Shown: positions 10,307 through 19,995 of the stretch, piece by piece
Layout: each line of letters starts with the position of its first letter
Position numbering within the stretch: position 1 is the first letter of the stretch
Source of the DNA: Longimicrobiales bacterium
Lineage (GTDB): Bacteria > Gemmatimonadota > Gemmatimonadetes > Longimicrobiales > Gaopeijiaceae
Direction of reading: 5' to 3'
Length of the DNA: 64,000 nt
Assembly: GCA_965116905.1 (NCBI GenBank)
Contig: OZ220732.1
Location: 1,504,001-1,568,000 of the forward strand
The notes under the pieces: generated by a model
Database searches by the model: none
What the model was told of the DNA's origin: nothing
Seen by the model: the letters and a program-made list of their open reading frames with translations, nothing else
Made by a program: the position numbers and the translations under genes

Positions 10307-11384
10307 TCAGCCTTGCGCGGGGAGGGTTGGCGGAGCGTCCCAAAGACGCATGGGATAGACCCCCGAGTCTACCAGCGACCGCAGGGATTCGGCCACTCCC
10401 GCGTGATCTTCGGGGAACGTAACCCCAAGCCATCGCTCGCGGGTGGGCAGCACCTTGCAGTGGACCAGTCCGGCGGCGATCAGGTCGTTCACGGCCTCGG
10501 TGAGGTAGAACTCGCGGTCGAGTCCGGGGCCCGAGGCGAGAAACTCGAACCGAGAAGAGGCGGTGCAGCTGGTCCACAGACTCCAGAACCGGCCACCCGC
10601 CCGCTTGCTCGCGACTTCGCCTCGTCGACTGGTGGCGTTGACAGAATCATCCGGGAATCCCCACAGGTTCGTGCACACCGGAGTGTCCAGGGGCACGTCA
10701 ACGCGCCTTCCGGCCACGTCGCGGCCGCGTACCCGGTTCCCGGAGCGGCGCATTTCGAAGCCCTCGGCCAGGCGCTGAAGCGTGCCGGTCCCGTCGACTT
10801 CGCAGATCCCCCGGGATACGCCACCGCTCTCGGACAGCGTGACCTCGAGCGGATACCCGACCACGAATGCGGGCAGCGGATCGGGAGCGGAATCGGTCGC
10901 AATGACGGCTTCGGTGCCGCGGGTCGTCGGCGCGCCGTCGGGGGACCCGCTTGCCGCTGCCCGCGCCCCTTCGCGCATCGCGTCGGCCAGCGCCTTGAAA
11001 GCCCCGCGGCCGTAGAAGTCGTCGGCGTTGCAGAGCGCGAAGGAGCCGCTGATGCGCTCCGCCGCCGTGAGAATGGCGTGGCCCGTGCCCCAGGGACGCG
11101 TGCGGCCCGACGGCGGGTCGCGACGCTCCGAGCGTGAGCCGCTGGTACACGTAGCCGATGTCGAGCCCGGCGGCGACGGCGGGGGCGAGGTGTGCGTCGA
11201 AGTCGTCCTGCTTGTCCTCCTGGATCACCAGCACGAAGCGTGTGAACCCCGCGAGCGCGCCGTCATGGAGGGCGTAGTCGAGGAGGGCCTCGCCGCCGGG
11301 ACCGATCGGCGTGAGCTGCTTGAGACGGCCGAAGCGCGTGGAGCGGCCGGCCGCGAGGATGACCAGGGTCAGGGGTGTGTTCAA
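10307..11384 (-). pseudogene. Sugar-phosphate nucleotidyltransferase (NTP_transferase), frameshifted
   Basis: N-terminus LVILAAGRSTRFGRLKQL in one frame; PWGTGHA, NADDFYG, VSRGIC, EFYL and WLGVTF in another. Net +1 shift near 11110-11140. May be a sequencing error. Confidence 0.75.
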
Positions 11385-11448
11385 GTTGCGCCGCCACCGG
11401 TTTCGGTTTGGTTGGACAACCGTACTACAACGCGGACAAGATACAAGT

Positions 11449-11616
11449 CCTGTCGTGCACGGCAGGACAGACGACGCCGGCAATCACCCCAATGGCAAAC
11501 CCGCCCAGCTGGCTTCCTACCTGGACCAGGGCCACGTCATCTCGTCCTGGAAGAGGGAGAGCGCGATCGATGCGGCCCGGCGCATGGTGGAGTTCTACCG
11601 GCGTCACCTGGGGGAT
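11449..11616 (+). pseudogene. C-terminal remnant of an S9-type peptidase / alpha-beta hydrolase
   Basis: VVHGRTDD...GKPAQLASYLDQGHVISSWKRESAIDAARRMVEFYRRHLG resembles the catalytic Asp/His tail; no N-terminal part is present. Confidence 0.55.
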
Positions 11617-13544
11617 CCCCCCAGCCCCACCATCTCCAGCAGCTTCAGCGCGTTCGTCGACGTCGCGATGCCGGCGCGCAGCCGGTAGTCAAAGGCGAGG
11701 CCGTCCGCTCCGTCGCCCACCGATTCCGTGAAGTGCATGGCCACGGCCCGCGCGACGAGATCATCGGCGTCGGCGAGTGACAGATCATGCGTGGTCACCG
11801 CGCCGACGGCGTCCGTTTCCAGGAGGTGACGCAACACGGTGCGCGCCGCGATCCGCCGTTCGGCGCTGTTGGTGCCCCGCAGGATCTCGTCGAGGAGGTA
11901 GAGGGTGCGGGGTGCGCCGTCGCCGGACGAGTCGGAAGCCGGCTGGGAGGAGTCCATGGCTGAGCGGGCCGCATCCACGACCTCCTTCAGCCGGTGCAGA
12001 CCCGCCATGAAGAAGGACACGCCACCGGTGACCGAGTCCTCTACCCGCATGCTGGTCACGACCCGCGTCGGGGGCATCCGCAGCTCCCGGGCGCACACCG
12101 GCCCCCCGGCCTGCGCGAGCACCGCGTTCAGTCCGACCGCCCGAAGCAGCGTCGACTTGCCGGACATGTTGGAGCCCGTCACGAGCAGGAACGAGCCCGC
12201 GGGACCGACCTCGACATCGTTGCGCACGCAGGTCGCGGGCGCGAGAAGCGGGTGGCCGAGTGAGCGCGCGCGCAGCGTGCTGGCGCCGGGGTCCAGCGTG
12301 GGGAGGGTCCAGTCGGGGTGGTCGGTCGCGGTGGCGGCGAGGGCGGCCAGCGCCTCCGCCTCGCCGATCGCGTCGAGCCAGTCCCGTACACGCCGGCCCG
12401 ACCGTGCCTTCCAGCGCTCGAGCGCGGCCAGCACATGCACGTCCCAGTGCAGCACGATGGCGAGGGGGAGGTGGAAGAGGGGCGACCTGCGGACGTCGGC
12501 CAGGTCCAGGACCCGCCGTAGCCCGGCGATCTCCTCGGGGGCGGCCCGCGGACCCTCGCCGATGCGCTCTCGAACCCTGGTCATGTAGCGCGAGGTGAGG
12601 GGTGCGCGGTGAAGGTGGCCGAGAAGGTCGCCGTACCGCCTGACCCCGGATTCGCCGTCGCTCGCCTCCGCAAAGACCTGGCGGATCGCCTTGCGCCTCA
12701 GCGTGCGCACCAGGACCGAGGCGAGCAACGTCCAGGCCAGCGCCGCGGTGGGTGCCGCGCCGACAACGTAGAGGGCGATCGCCGTGAGGTTCACCGGTGT
12801 GAGCGCCAGGGCGGTGACCCGGACCCACTGGTGGTCCCGCAACCAGGAATCGCCCTCGGCCCAGCGCAGGAAGCGTTCGGTCGGGGCATCCTCGCCGGGC
12901 ATCGGGCCCTCCTGGCCGGGCGCCGAGGCCGCCGCGAGCCGCGCCTCTTCCGCGAGCCGCGCTTCCGCCGCGAGCCGGTCCCGAAAGTCCATCGCCGCGG
13001 CCATCTCCCGGACGGCCTCCTGACGCAGCTCGACGGTCTCCGGATCGGCCCGGCCGAGCAGCCACGACTGCAGCGTCCTCCACCCGGGCGCCGTCCCGCA
13101 GGTCCCGACCAGCCGCAGGAGCGACGCATCGCCGTAGAGGTCGAGGTCCGTGGCGTAGTCATGGCTTGCCGGAGCCGTGAACGGGGGCGCAGGTGGCAGA
13201 TCCGCCCAGCGGCGCTCGACCCGGGCGATCCCGGCCCGGTTGAAGTCGGCCATGAACTCGGCGCGCCGCAAGCGCTGCCGCGCGGCCCGCTGCCGCACGA
13301 CGAGGACCGCGAACGCGATCGCCGAGCCGGCGAGGACCGCCCACGCCGCCGTGCCGTTGCCCGAGGCGAACTGCCACCAGGCACCAGCCACCGCGGCCGC
13401 GAAGAGGACCAGGCGCCACGTCCCGTACGCACCGACTGTTGCCGTCCTCGCGGCCGCCTCCCGGTCGAAGCGCTCGGCCCGCTCCGCGTAGACCTCTACG
13501 GGGGACGTGCTTGCGGCGTCTTTGCGGCGACCATCACGTTTCAT
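11604..13544 (-). CDS. Membrane-anchored MutS-related ATPase (domain V type)
   Basis: TGSNMSGKST, SFFM, LLDEILRGTNS, TTHD, FDYRLRAG; N-terminal hydrophobic helices; no mismatch-recognition domain seen. Confidence 0.88.
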   Translation of the reverse strand: MKRDGRRKDAASTSPVEVYAERAERFDREAAARTATVGAYGTWRLVLFAAAVAGAWWQFASGNGTAAWAVLAGSAIAFAVLVVRQRAARQRLRRAEFMADFNRAGIARVERRWADLPPAPPFTAPASHDYATDLDLYGDASLLRLVGTCGTAPGWRTLQSWLLGRADPETVELRQEAVREMAAAMDFRDRLAAEARLAEEARLAAASAPGQEGPMPGEDAPTERFLRWAEGDSWLRDHQWVRVTALALTPVNLTAIALYVVGAAPTAALAWTLLASVLVRTLRRKAIRQVFAEASDGESGVRRYGDLLGHLHRAPLTSRYMTRVRERIGEGPRAAPEEIAGLRRVLDLADVRRSPLFHLPLAIVLHWDVHVLAALERWKARSGRRVRDWLDAIGEAEALAALAATATDHPDWTLPTLDPGASTLRARSLGHPLLAPATCVRNDVEVGPAGSFLLVTGSNMSGKSTLLRAVGLNAVLAQAGGPVCARELRMPPTRVVTSMRVEDSVTGGVSFFMAGLHRLKEVVDAARSAMDSSQPASDSSGDGAPRTLYLLDEILRGTNSAERRIAARTVLRHLLETDAVGAVTTHDLSLADADDLVARAVAMHFTESVGDGADGLAFDYRLRAGIATSTNALKLLEMVGLGGSPR

Positions 13545-13546
13545 GG

Positions 13547-15145
13547 ATGAAAGTAAGCACTTCCGCGATCCGCACGGCGCGCACGGCCTCGTTTGCGGCC
13601 ACCGCCGCCACCGCGCGCCCAGCCATGTTCGCGACCGCGCTCGCCACCGCCGCGCTCGCCGCCTGCGGCCCACCCGGCGACGGCGAGGTCCCACGGGCTG
13701 CCGACCCGGCCCTCCTCGCCCGTGTCGACGCCGTCTTCGCCGACTACGCCAGCCCCGACGGGCCCGGCTGCTCGGTGGGCGTGATCCGCGACGGCCGCCT
13801 CGTCCACGCCACCGGCTACGGCACCGCCAACCTCGATCACGGCATCCCGAATGGTCCCGCGACGATTCACCGCGTCGGCTCGGTCTCCAAGCAATTCACG
13901 GCCGCCGCGATTGCCCTGCTCAGCCTCCGTGGTGAGCTCGACCTGGATGCTCCCGTCCGCGACTACATCTCCGAGTTTCCCGACTACCCCAACCCTCCCA
14001 CCATCAGACACCTGGTGCACCACACGTCCGGGGTGCGCGACTACATCGTGCTCATGTCGCTGGCGGGGAACCGGAGCGAAGACTTCTACACCAACCAGGA
14101 GGTGCTGGACGCGATCAGCCGGCAGCGCGAACTCAACTTCACGCCCGGCTCCGAGTTCCTGTACAGCAACTCCGGCTACTTCCTGCTCGGCGAGATCGTG
14201 GCTCGTGTGTCCGGCCGGAGCCTGCGGGAGTTCGCCGCGACCGAGTTTTTCGGGCCGCTCGGGATGACCCGCACGCACTTCCACGACGACCACAACGAGA
14301 TCGTGCCCGACCGTGCGATCGGCTACGCGCCCACGGGCAACGGCGGCGGGGGCGACGGCGGCGGCAGCGACGGCGCCAGCAGCGACGACCGCGGCTTCCG
14401 TATCAACGTGACCACTCTGGACATGGTCGGCGACGGGGGAATCTTCACGTCGGTGGAGGAGTGGGCCGCGTGGGACCGCAACCTCACCGACGGCACGGTG
14501 GGCGGGCCCGAGTGGGTGGCGCTCATGCACCAGCGGGGCGTGCTCAATTCGGGCGACACCATTCCCTACGCGTTCGGCATCGTGCACGGCGAGCATCGCG
14601 GGCTGGCGACGGTCGGCCACGGGGGCGCGTGGGTCGGATACCGTGCGGGCATGTCGCGTTACCCCGAGACCGGCCATTCCTTCGTGGCTCTGTGCAACCG
14701 CTCGCAGATCGACCCGATGGCGCTCATCGCGAGCACCGCGGAGATCTACCTGGAGGACCGCTTGGGGCCGTCCGGGCCATCCGCGGCCGCGGAATCGGAG
14801 GCGGAGACGCCGGCCGAGACCGAGACGCCGGCGGAGACCGAGGAGGGGGACGCTCCGCAGGATCGACCCGGCCACGACATTCCGGACCGCACGCGCTACG
14901 CTGGATCCTTCCACAGTCCCGAGTTGAATACCACCTACCGGATCCTGGAGGAGGGCGGCGCCGGGCTCACGCTTCACGCGGGCCGGTGGGAGCCCCTCAC
15001 CCTGCACGCCGACTCGGACGGGGTGCTCACGAACGAGCGCGGAATGGCCTTCCGCTTCTCGCAACCGGCCGGCGGCCGCTACCAGGCGATGACCGTCGAC
15101 GCGGGGCGGGTCAGGAACCTGCGTTTCGAGCGGGTCGGGAACTGA
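13547..15145 (+). CDS. Serine hydrolase (beta-lactamase/PBP-like) lipoprotein
   Basis: Lipobox LAAC; SVSK (SxxK), YSN, HGG. The start could instead be ATG 13625. Confidence 0.88.
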   Translation: MKVSTSAIRTARTASFAATAATARPAMFATALATAALAACGPPGDGEVPRAADPALLARVDAVFADYASPDGPGCSVGVIRDGRLVHATGYGTANLDHGIPNGPATIHRVGSVSKQFTAAAIALLSLRGELDLDAPVRDYISEFPDYPNPPTIRHLVHHTSGVRDYIVLMSLAGNRSEDFYTNQEVLDAISRQRELNFTPGSEFLYSNSGYFLLGEIVARVSGRSLREFAATEFFGPLGMTRTHFHDDHNEIVPDRAIGYAPTGNGGGGDGGGSDGASSDDRGFRINVTTLDMVGDGGIFTSVEEWAAWDRNLTDGTVGGPEWVALMHQRGVLNSGDTIPYAFGIVHGEHRGLATVGHGGAWVGYRAGMSRYPETGHSFVALCNRSQIDPMALIASTAEIYLEDRLGPSGPSAAAESEAETPAETETPAETEEGDAPQDRPGHDIPDRTRYAGSFHSPELNTTYRILEEGGAGLTLHAGRWEPLTLHADSDGVLTNERGMAFRFSQPAGGRYQAMTVDAGRVRNLRFERVGN

Positions 15146-15152
15146 GCCGACG

Positions 15153-16382
15153 GTGCGCGCGACCGCCACCCTCACCGACGACCTCTTCGCGCCGGAGGTG
15201 ATCGCCGACCCATACAGCTATTTCGGCGCCCTCCGGGAGATCGAGCCGGTGCACCGGAACGACCGCTTCGGCCTGTGGCTGGTCACCGGGTACGAGGAAC
15301 TCGTGTGGATCCTGCGCCACCACGAACTCTTTTCGTCGGCGGTGATCAGGCACGTCGAGGCGCCGCCGTATCCGCCGGTCGACCCAGCCGACTTGCCCCT
15401 TTTCGACGAGATCCGCGATTTCCGCGCGAACCAGCTGGTGGAGCAGGACCGGCCGGAGCACCTGCACCAGCGAAGCGTTGTCCACGGGTACTTCACGCCC
15501 AAGGCGATGGAGCGGTGGCGCCCGTTCGTGCGGGCCGCGGTCGCCGAGCTCCTCGATGGCGTTCACGCGAAGGGGTCGATGGACGTGCTGACGGAGCTCG
15601 CCGCCCCGCTTCCGGTCCGCATCATCGCGGAGATGATGGGGGTTCCCTACGAGGACCGGGACCGCTTGCGGGAGATGGCCGACGGGATCCTGTACATCAA
15701 TCGGGGCGAGCCCCATCGGCTGCGCCCGCTCGCCCGCGCGGTGAGAGGAATCGTCGACTATGCGTCGCCCCTCGTGGAGGAACGGATCGTCGAGCCGGGG
15801 ACGGACTTCATTTCCGTGCTCGCGGAGGGCGAGAACCGGGGCGTGTTCAACCGGCGCCAGGTGCTGGTGAACACGGGCCTGCTGCTCTTCGCGGGCCACG
15901 AGACCACGATGAATCTGATCTGCAACGGGCTTCTCGCCTTCATTCGCAACCCCGAGCAGTGGGAGCGGCTCCGGGCCGACCCCAAAGCGATGGCGCGGTT
16001 GGCCACCGAGGAGTGCCTGCGCTACGATCCGCCGGTCAAGTCGACCCAGCGGATCGCCGCCGAAGACGTCGAGATCGGCGGGCGGACCATCCGCAAGGGC
16101 GAGCCGCTGCGCTGGATCATGGCGGCGGCAAACCGTGATCCCGCGGTGTTCACCGATCCGGACACCTTCGATATCGGGCGGCAGCCCAACCCGCATCTGT
16201 CGTTCGGCTCGGGAATCCACTACTGCCTGGGCGCCACGCTGGCGCGGGTAGAGGGGCAGGAGATCTTCCGCGGCCTCGCGGAGCGCTTCTCCCGCTTCGA
16301 ACTGGCGACGGACCGGATCGAGTACCAGCCCAGCCTGCAGTTCCGGTCGGTCAAGTCGCTGCCCGTGAGGTGGCCGGCATGA
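15153..16382 (+). CDS. Cytochrome P450
   Basis: AGHETT, EECLR (ExxR), FGSGIHYCLG heme-Cys motif. Confidence 0.95.
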   Translation: MRATATLTDDLFAPEVIADPYSYFGALREIEPVHRNDRFGLWLVTGYEELVWILRHHELFSSAVIRHVEAPPYPPVDPADLPLFDEIRDFRANQLVEQDRPEHLHQRSVVHGYFTPKAMERWRPFVRAAVAELLDGVHAKGSMDVLTELAAPLPVRIIAEMMGVPYEDRDRLREMADGILYINRGEPHRLRPLARAVRGIVDYASPLVEERIVEPGTDFISVLAEGENRGVFNRRQVLVNTGLLLFAGHETTMNLICNGLLAFIRNPEQWERLRADPKAMARLATEECLRYDPPVKSTQRIAAEDVEIGGRTIRKGEPLRWIMAAANRDPAVFTDPDTFDIGRQPNPHLSFGSGIHYCLGATLARVEGQEIFRGLAERFSRFELATDRIEYQPSLQFRSVKSLPVRWPA

Positions 16383-16702
16383 GCGGGTCGTCCGGAGGGT
16401 CGCCCGGGGGGTCGAAGCCCCTGCCCGGGAGGTCGAAGTCCCTGCCCGCGGGGTCGAAGCCCCTGCCCGAGAGGCTCCTGCCCAAGAGGCTCGAGGTCCA
16501 CGTCGACCATGAACGCTGTGTCGGTAACGGCATGTGCCTGGAGTTCGCCACCGGGGTCTTCGCCCACAACGCGCGACGCCAGTCGGAAGTCGTGGACCCG
16601 GAGGGGGACGCGGTCGAGGACATCGTCATCGCTGCCGAGAACTGCCCGACGGCCGCGATCCAGCTGAGCGACGCGGCGACGGGCGAGCCGTTCGAGGTAT
16701 AG
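16379..16702 (+). CDS. Ferredoxin (3Fe-4S type) with a repetitive N-terminal extension
   Basis: CVGNGMC...CP; ATGA overlap with the P450 stop. Confidence 0.88.
   Translation: MSGSSGGSPGGSKPLPGRSKSLPAGSKPLPERLLPKRLEVHVDHERCVGNGMCLEFATGVFAHNARRQSEVVDPEGDAVEDIVIAAENCPTAAIQLSDAATGEPFEV
16398..16498 (+). repeat. About 21-bp tandem repeats in the ferredoxin 5' end
   Basis: GGTCGAAG(C/T)CCCTGCCCG... three times plus degenerate copies, encoding (G/R)SK(P/S)LP. Confidence 0.8.
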
Positions 16703-16708
16703 CCAACC

Positions 16709-17503
16709 ATGACCATTCTGGACTTCGCGCGCCGCAAGAAGGCAGGAGAGCCGATCGTCATGATCACGGCGTACGACGCGTTGTTCGCCTCGCTGGTCGA
16801 CGCGGCCGGAGTCGATGCGATTCTGGTGGGGGATTCGCTCGTGTCGGTGCTGTGCGGCGAGAAGACGACCCTGTCGGCGACCGTCGACCAGATGATCTAC
16901 CACGGCCGCATCGTTTGCCGGGGTGCGTCACAGGCCCTGGTCGTGGTCGACATGCCCTATCTCAGCTACCAGGTGTCGCCCGTGGACGCGGTCCGCAACG
17001 GGGGGCGCATCCTGAAGGAGACGGGTGCCGGCGCGGTGAAGGTGGAGGGCGGCGCCGAGATTGCGCCGGCGGTGGAAGCGCTCGTGAACGCGGGGGTTCC
17101 GGTGATGGGACATCTCGGCTTCACGCCCCAGTCGGTGCACGCGCTGGGCGGGCCCCGGGTCCAGGGCCGTGGCGAAGGGGCGCTCGAAAAGCTGTTGCGC
17201 GACGCCAGGGCACTCGAGAACGCGGGTGTCTTCGCGATCGTGCTGGAGCTGATGCCGGCGCTGATCGCGCAACGGGTGACGGCTGGCCTCGCGGTACCCA
17301 CGATCGGCATCGGGGCCGGTCCGCGCTGCGACGGGCAGGTGCTCGTGCTGCACGACATGCTCGGCCTGAACGAGGGGTTCACCCCCCGCTTCCTGAAGCG
17401 CTACGCGGAGTTGGGCGCGGAGGTGGAGGGCGCGGTCAAGCGCTACGCGGAAGAGGTGCGGACGGGCAAATTCCCCGGACCCGAACACGTCTACAAGGTG
17501 TGA
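16709..17503 (+). CDS. panB: 3-methyl-2-oxobutanoate hydroxymethyltransferase
   Basis: MITAYD, ILVGDS, VVDMP, VKVEGG, GHLGFTPQS, GIGAG, DGQVLV. Confidence 0.95.
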   Translation: MTILDFARRKKAGEPIVMITAYDALFASLVDAAGVDAILVGDSLVSVLCGEKTTLSATVDQMIYHGRIVCRGASQALVVVDMPYLSYQVSPVDAVRNGGRILKETGAGAVKVEGGAEIAPAVEALVNAGVPVMGHLGFTPQSVHALGGPRVQGRGEGALEKLLRDARALENAGVFAIVLELMPALIAQRVTAGLAVPTIGIGAGPRCDGQVLVLHDMLGLNEGFTPRFLKRYAELGAEVEGAVKRYAEEVRTGKFPGPEHVYKV

Positions 17504-17562
17504 CGCCGGCCGGCCGGGCCCGCTAGCCAGGGCCCGGGCCGCCCGCGCCCGGCCGCGAGTCC

Positions 17563-18630
17563 CTACTTCTTCGTCGCTATCCGCTCTTCGGCCATCCAGT
17601 CGGCGGCGGCGACCGTGCTCATCCCCAGTTCCTCGGCCAGCTTGATCACCTGAAGCGTCTGGTCGTAGATCTGCGTCACTTTCGAGTAGATGGTGAAGTC
17701 CTCGGTGGGCCGCCCGAACACTTCCTCCTGACACCGGATCAGGCCGCCCGAGTTGACGAGGTAGTCGGGCCCGTAGGTGATGCCGCGCGCCGTGAGCGCA
17801 TCCGCGTGGCGAGCTTCGGCCAGCACGTTGTTGGCGCCCCCCGCCACCGCCGGACAGCGAAGCCGGGGCACCGTGTCATCGTTGAGCACGCCACCGATCG
17901 AATTCGGTGAGAACACGTCGCACTCGACGTCGTAGATGTCATCCGTGGACACGACTTCGGCCCCCATTTCACTTGCTGCCCGGACCACCACCGGTTCGTA
18001 GATGTCGGCAACGGTGAGCTTCGCGCCGGCCTCGTGGCAGAAGCGCGCCACCGAGAAGCCGACGTTGCCCAGCCCCTGGATCGCGATGTGACGCCCGGCC
18101 AGCGAGTCGTTGCCCGTCGTGGCCTTCAGCACCGCCCTGATTCCGCAGCTGACCCCGTACGCGGTCGTGCGCGAGGGGTCGCCCGCGCCCCCCGCGGACT
18201 CGTTCACGCACGCAACGTTTCTTGTTGCGCCGCGAATGACGGCCATGTCGTGCGAGTTGGTGCCGATGTCCTGACCGGCGATGTACTCGCCGCCCATCGT
18301 CTCGACGAAACGGCCCAGCGCGCGCAGCAGCGCGGGGTTCTTCGAGGTGCGTGCGTCCCCGATCACCACGGACTTCCCGCCGCCCAGGTCGACGCCGCTG
18401 ATCGCGGCCTTGTAGGTCATGCCGCGCGACAGGCGCAGCACGTCGTTCAACGCTTCTTCTTCGGTGCCGTACGGCAGCATTCGCACGCCGCCGAGCGCGG
18501 GGCCCAGGGTCGTGTCGTGAATCGCGATGATTGCCCGCAGTCCCGACTCGTTGTCGTTGCAGAAAACCACCTTCTCGTAGTCGTATTCGGAAAGACGCTC
18601 AAACACATGCATCGGATGGGTGGGCTCCAA
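17563..18630 (-). CDS. Leu/Phe/Val (ELFV) dehydrogenase
   Basis: IAIHDTTLGPALGG, GMTYK, GGGKSV, IQGLGNVG, GGANN, NSGG. Confidence 0.92.
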   Translation of the reverse strand: MEPTHPMHVFERLSEYDYEKVVFCNDNESGLRAIIAIHDTTLGPALGGVRMLPYGTEEEALNDVLRLSRGMTYKAAISGVDLGGGKSVVIGDARTSKNPALLRALGRFVETMGGEYIAGQDIGTNSHDMAVIRGATRNVACVNESAGGAGDPSRTTAYGVSCGIRAVLKATTGNDSLAGRHIAIQGLGNVGFSVARFCHEAGAKLTVADIYEPVVVRAASEMGAEVVSTDDIYDVECDVFSPNSIGGVLNDDTVPRLRCPAVAGGANNVLAEARHADALTARGITYGPDYLVNSGGLIRCQEEVFGRPTEDFTIYSKVTQIYDQTLQVIKLAEELGMSTVAAADWMAEERIATKK

Positions 18631-18763
18631 TTCTTCAGATCGGTTCAGGAGAAACTTCGTCGCGCCGGTTCGTTCGCGGACGACGGCCCTTTTCCGGGCG
18701 ACCTAAAAATAAGCCCAACGGAGCCCTCGTGCCGTCCGTGGGTCGCTCACGCGCAGTGCGGCG

Positions 18764-18805
18764 GTTAGTACAGTTTGCGAGCTAAACCATACCAAGGACA
18801 CGACA
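18764..18805 (-). repeat. Dispersed 42-bp hairpin element, copy B
   Basis: GTTAGTACAGTTTGCGAGCTAAACCATACCAAGGACACGACA on the + strand; 31/42 identical to copies A and C. Confidence 0.8.
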
Positions 18806-18821
18806 GCCACAGGCAAGTCCC

Positions 18822-19805
18822 TCAAGGGCCCTGGAGCCGCGCGATCTCCGCTTCCGCCGCGATGTAGCCGAAGCCCGCCCAGCCGGAGCCCTCCACAATG
18901 CGTCGGAACATCTCCTCGGCCTGCTCGGGGCGCCCGCTGTAGAGGTGCCACGCCGCGACCCCGTACGCGATCGCCACGCCGGCGGGGTCCTCGCTCTCCG
19001 GGTCCCACAGTTCATCCGCCTCGATCTCACCCCGGTACATCAGGAGAAGGCGGTGGTAGCTCGTGTTCTCGATCACGTCCATGTCGGCCGTGATTCGCTC
19101 CAGGACGGCCGCGGCTTCCTCGTCGCGGCCCAGACGCCGCAGCGCCATGTACCACCAGTGCGAGATCGCCACGAGCTGGTCGGGGTTCGTGGTCACGGCG
19201 AAGTAGGCCTCGTACGACTGCAACGCGGCGTCGAAGTCGCCCTTCAGGTAGTGGGCGAGTGCGAGGTGGTAGTGGATGTTCGACTGCAGCGTGCTCGTGG
19301 GGATCCCGCGCTCGTTCGGCTGGCCGTCGGGCTCCACCTCGTCCGGCTGGCCCGCGACGAGCCCGGCGGCGTGGGACAGGTCCTCGATGGCCCGGTCGAA
19401 CTCGCGGACGCTGATCCAGCGGTGCCCGCGGTGGCGGTACATGCGCGCGTCGCCGGGGTGCTTGCCGACTCCCTCCGAGAACACCTCGATCGCCTCGCGG
19501 TACCGGCCCGTGTACCCGATCCGCCGGCCCAGCCAGATGATCGCGTCCGCGTCGTCCGGATCGGACTCGTAGTCTGCGCGGGCGGCGTCCACATCCTCAG
19601 CCTGGCGGGCCGCGACCTCGGGTGGGGCCTGTGGGGGATACAGCGGCTCGCCCAGCAGCGAAATGGCCTCCGCGCCTTCGGGGAGCGCCGGACCGTCGTC
19701 CGCGGCATCGGCCGGGGGCTCGGCTGAAGGATCGTCGGCTGGGCCGCATGCGGCGGACAGCGGAACGACGGACAGCAGGACAGCGATGAGGAGCGTGCGG
19801 CGCAT
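18822..19805 (-). CDS. TPR-repeat lipoprotein
   Basis: MRRTLLIAVLLSVVPLSAAC lipobox; helical TPR-like repeats (IIWLGRR, MYRHRG, IHYHLAL). Confidence 0.8.
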   Translation of the reverse strand: MRRTLLIAVLLSVVPLSAACGPADDPSAEPPADAADDGPALPEGAEAISLLGEPLYPPQAPPEVAARQAEDVDAARADYESDPDDADAIIWLGRRIGYTGRYREAIEVFSEGVGKHPGDARMYRHRGHRWISVREFDRAIEDLSHAAGLVAGQPDEVEPDGQPNERGIPTSTLQSNIHYHLALAHYLKGDFDAALQSYEAYFAVTTNPDQLVAISHWWYMALRRLGRDEEAAAVLERITADMDVIENTSYHRLLLMYRGEIEADELWDPESEDPAGVAIAYGVAAWHLYSGRPEQAEEMFRRIVEGSGWAGFGYIAAEAEIARLQGP

Positions 19806-19995
19806 ACGAACGTCCAGGCTTGTGATGGCTGGTGATGGAACGGGGACAAGGTTGGGTCGCGGGTCCGCCGGGTCAAACGGACGGAGCCGCCACCGGGCCG
19901 CCACCGGGCTGCCGCTGTTTTGCGCAGCGCCGATGAGCCGAATAGACTTTGGCCGTGGCCCACCGAATTGGCCCCAACGGAAAGAAGCGTGCCGC

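Noticed and set aside
11405..11432. A fourth degenerate copy of the 42-bp element
   Set aside because: It shares only TTGGTT and GTACTA, at the wrong spacing.
13547..15145. Antibiotic-resistance beta-lactamase
   Set aside because: SxxK/YxN/HGG with a C-terminal extension fits the broad serine hydrolase/peptidase family; nothing indicates resistance.
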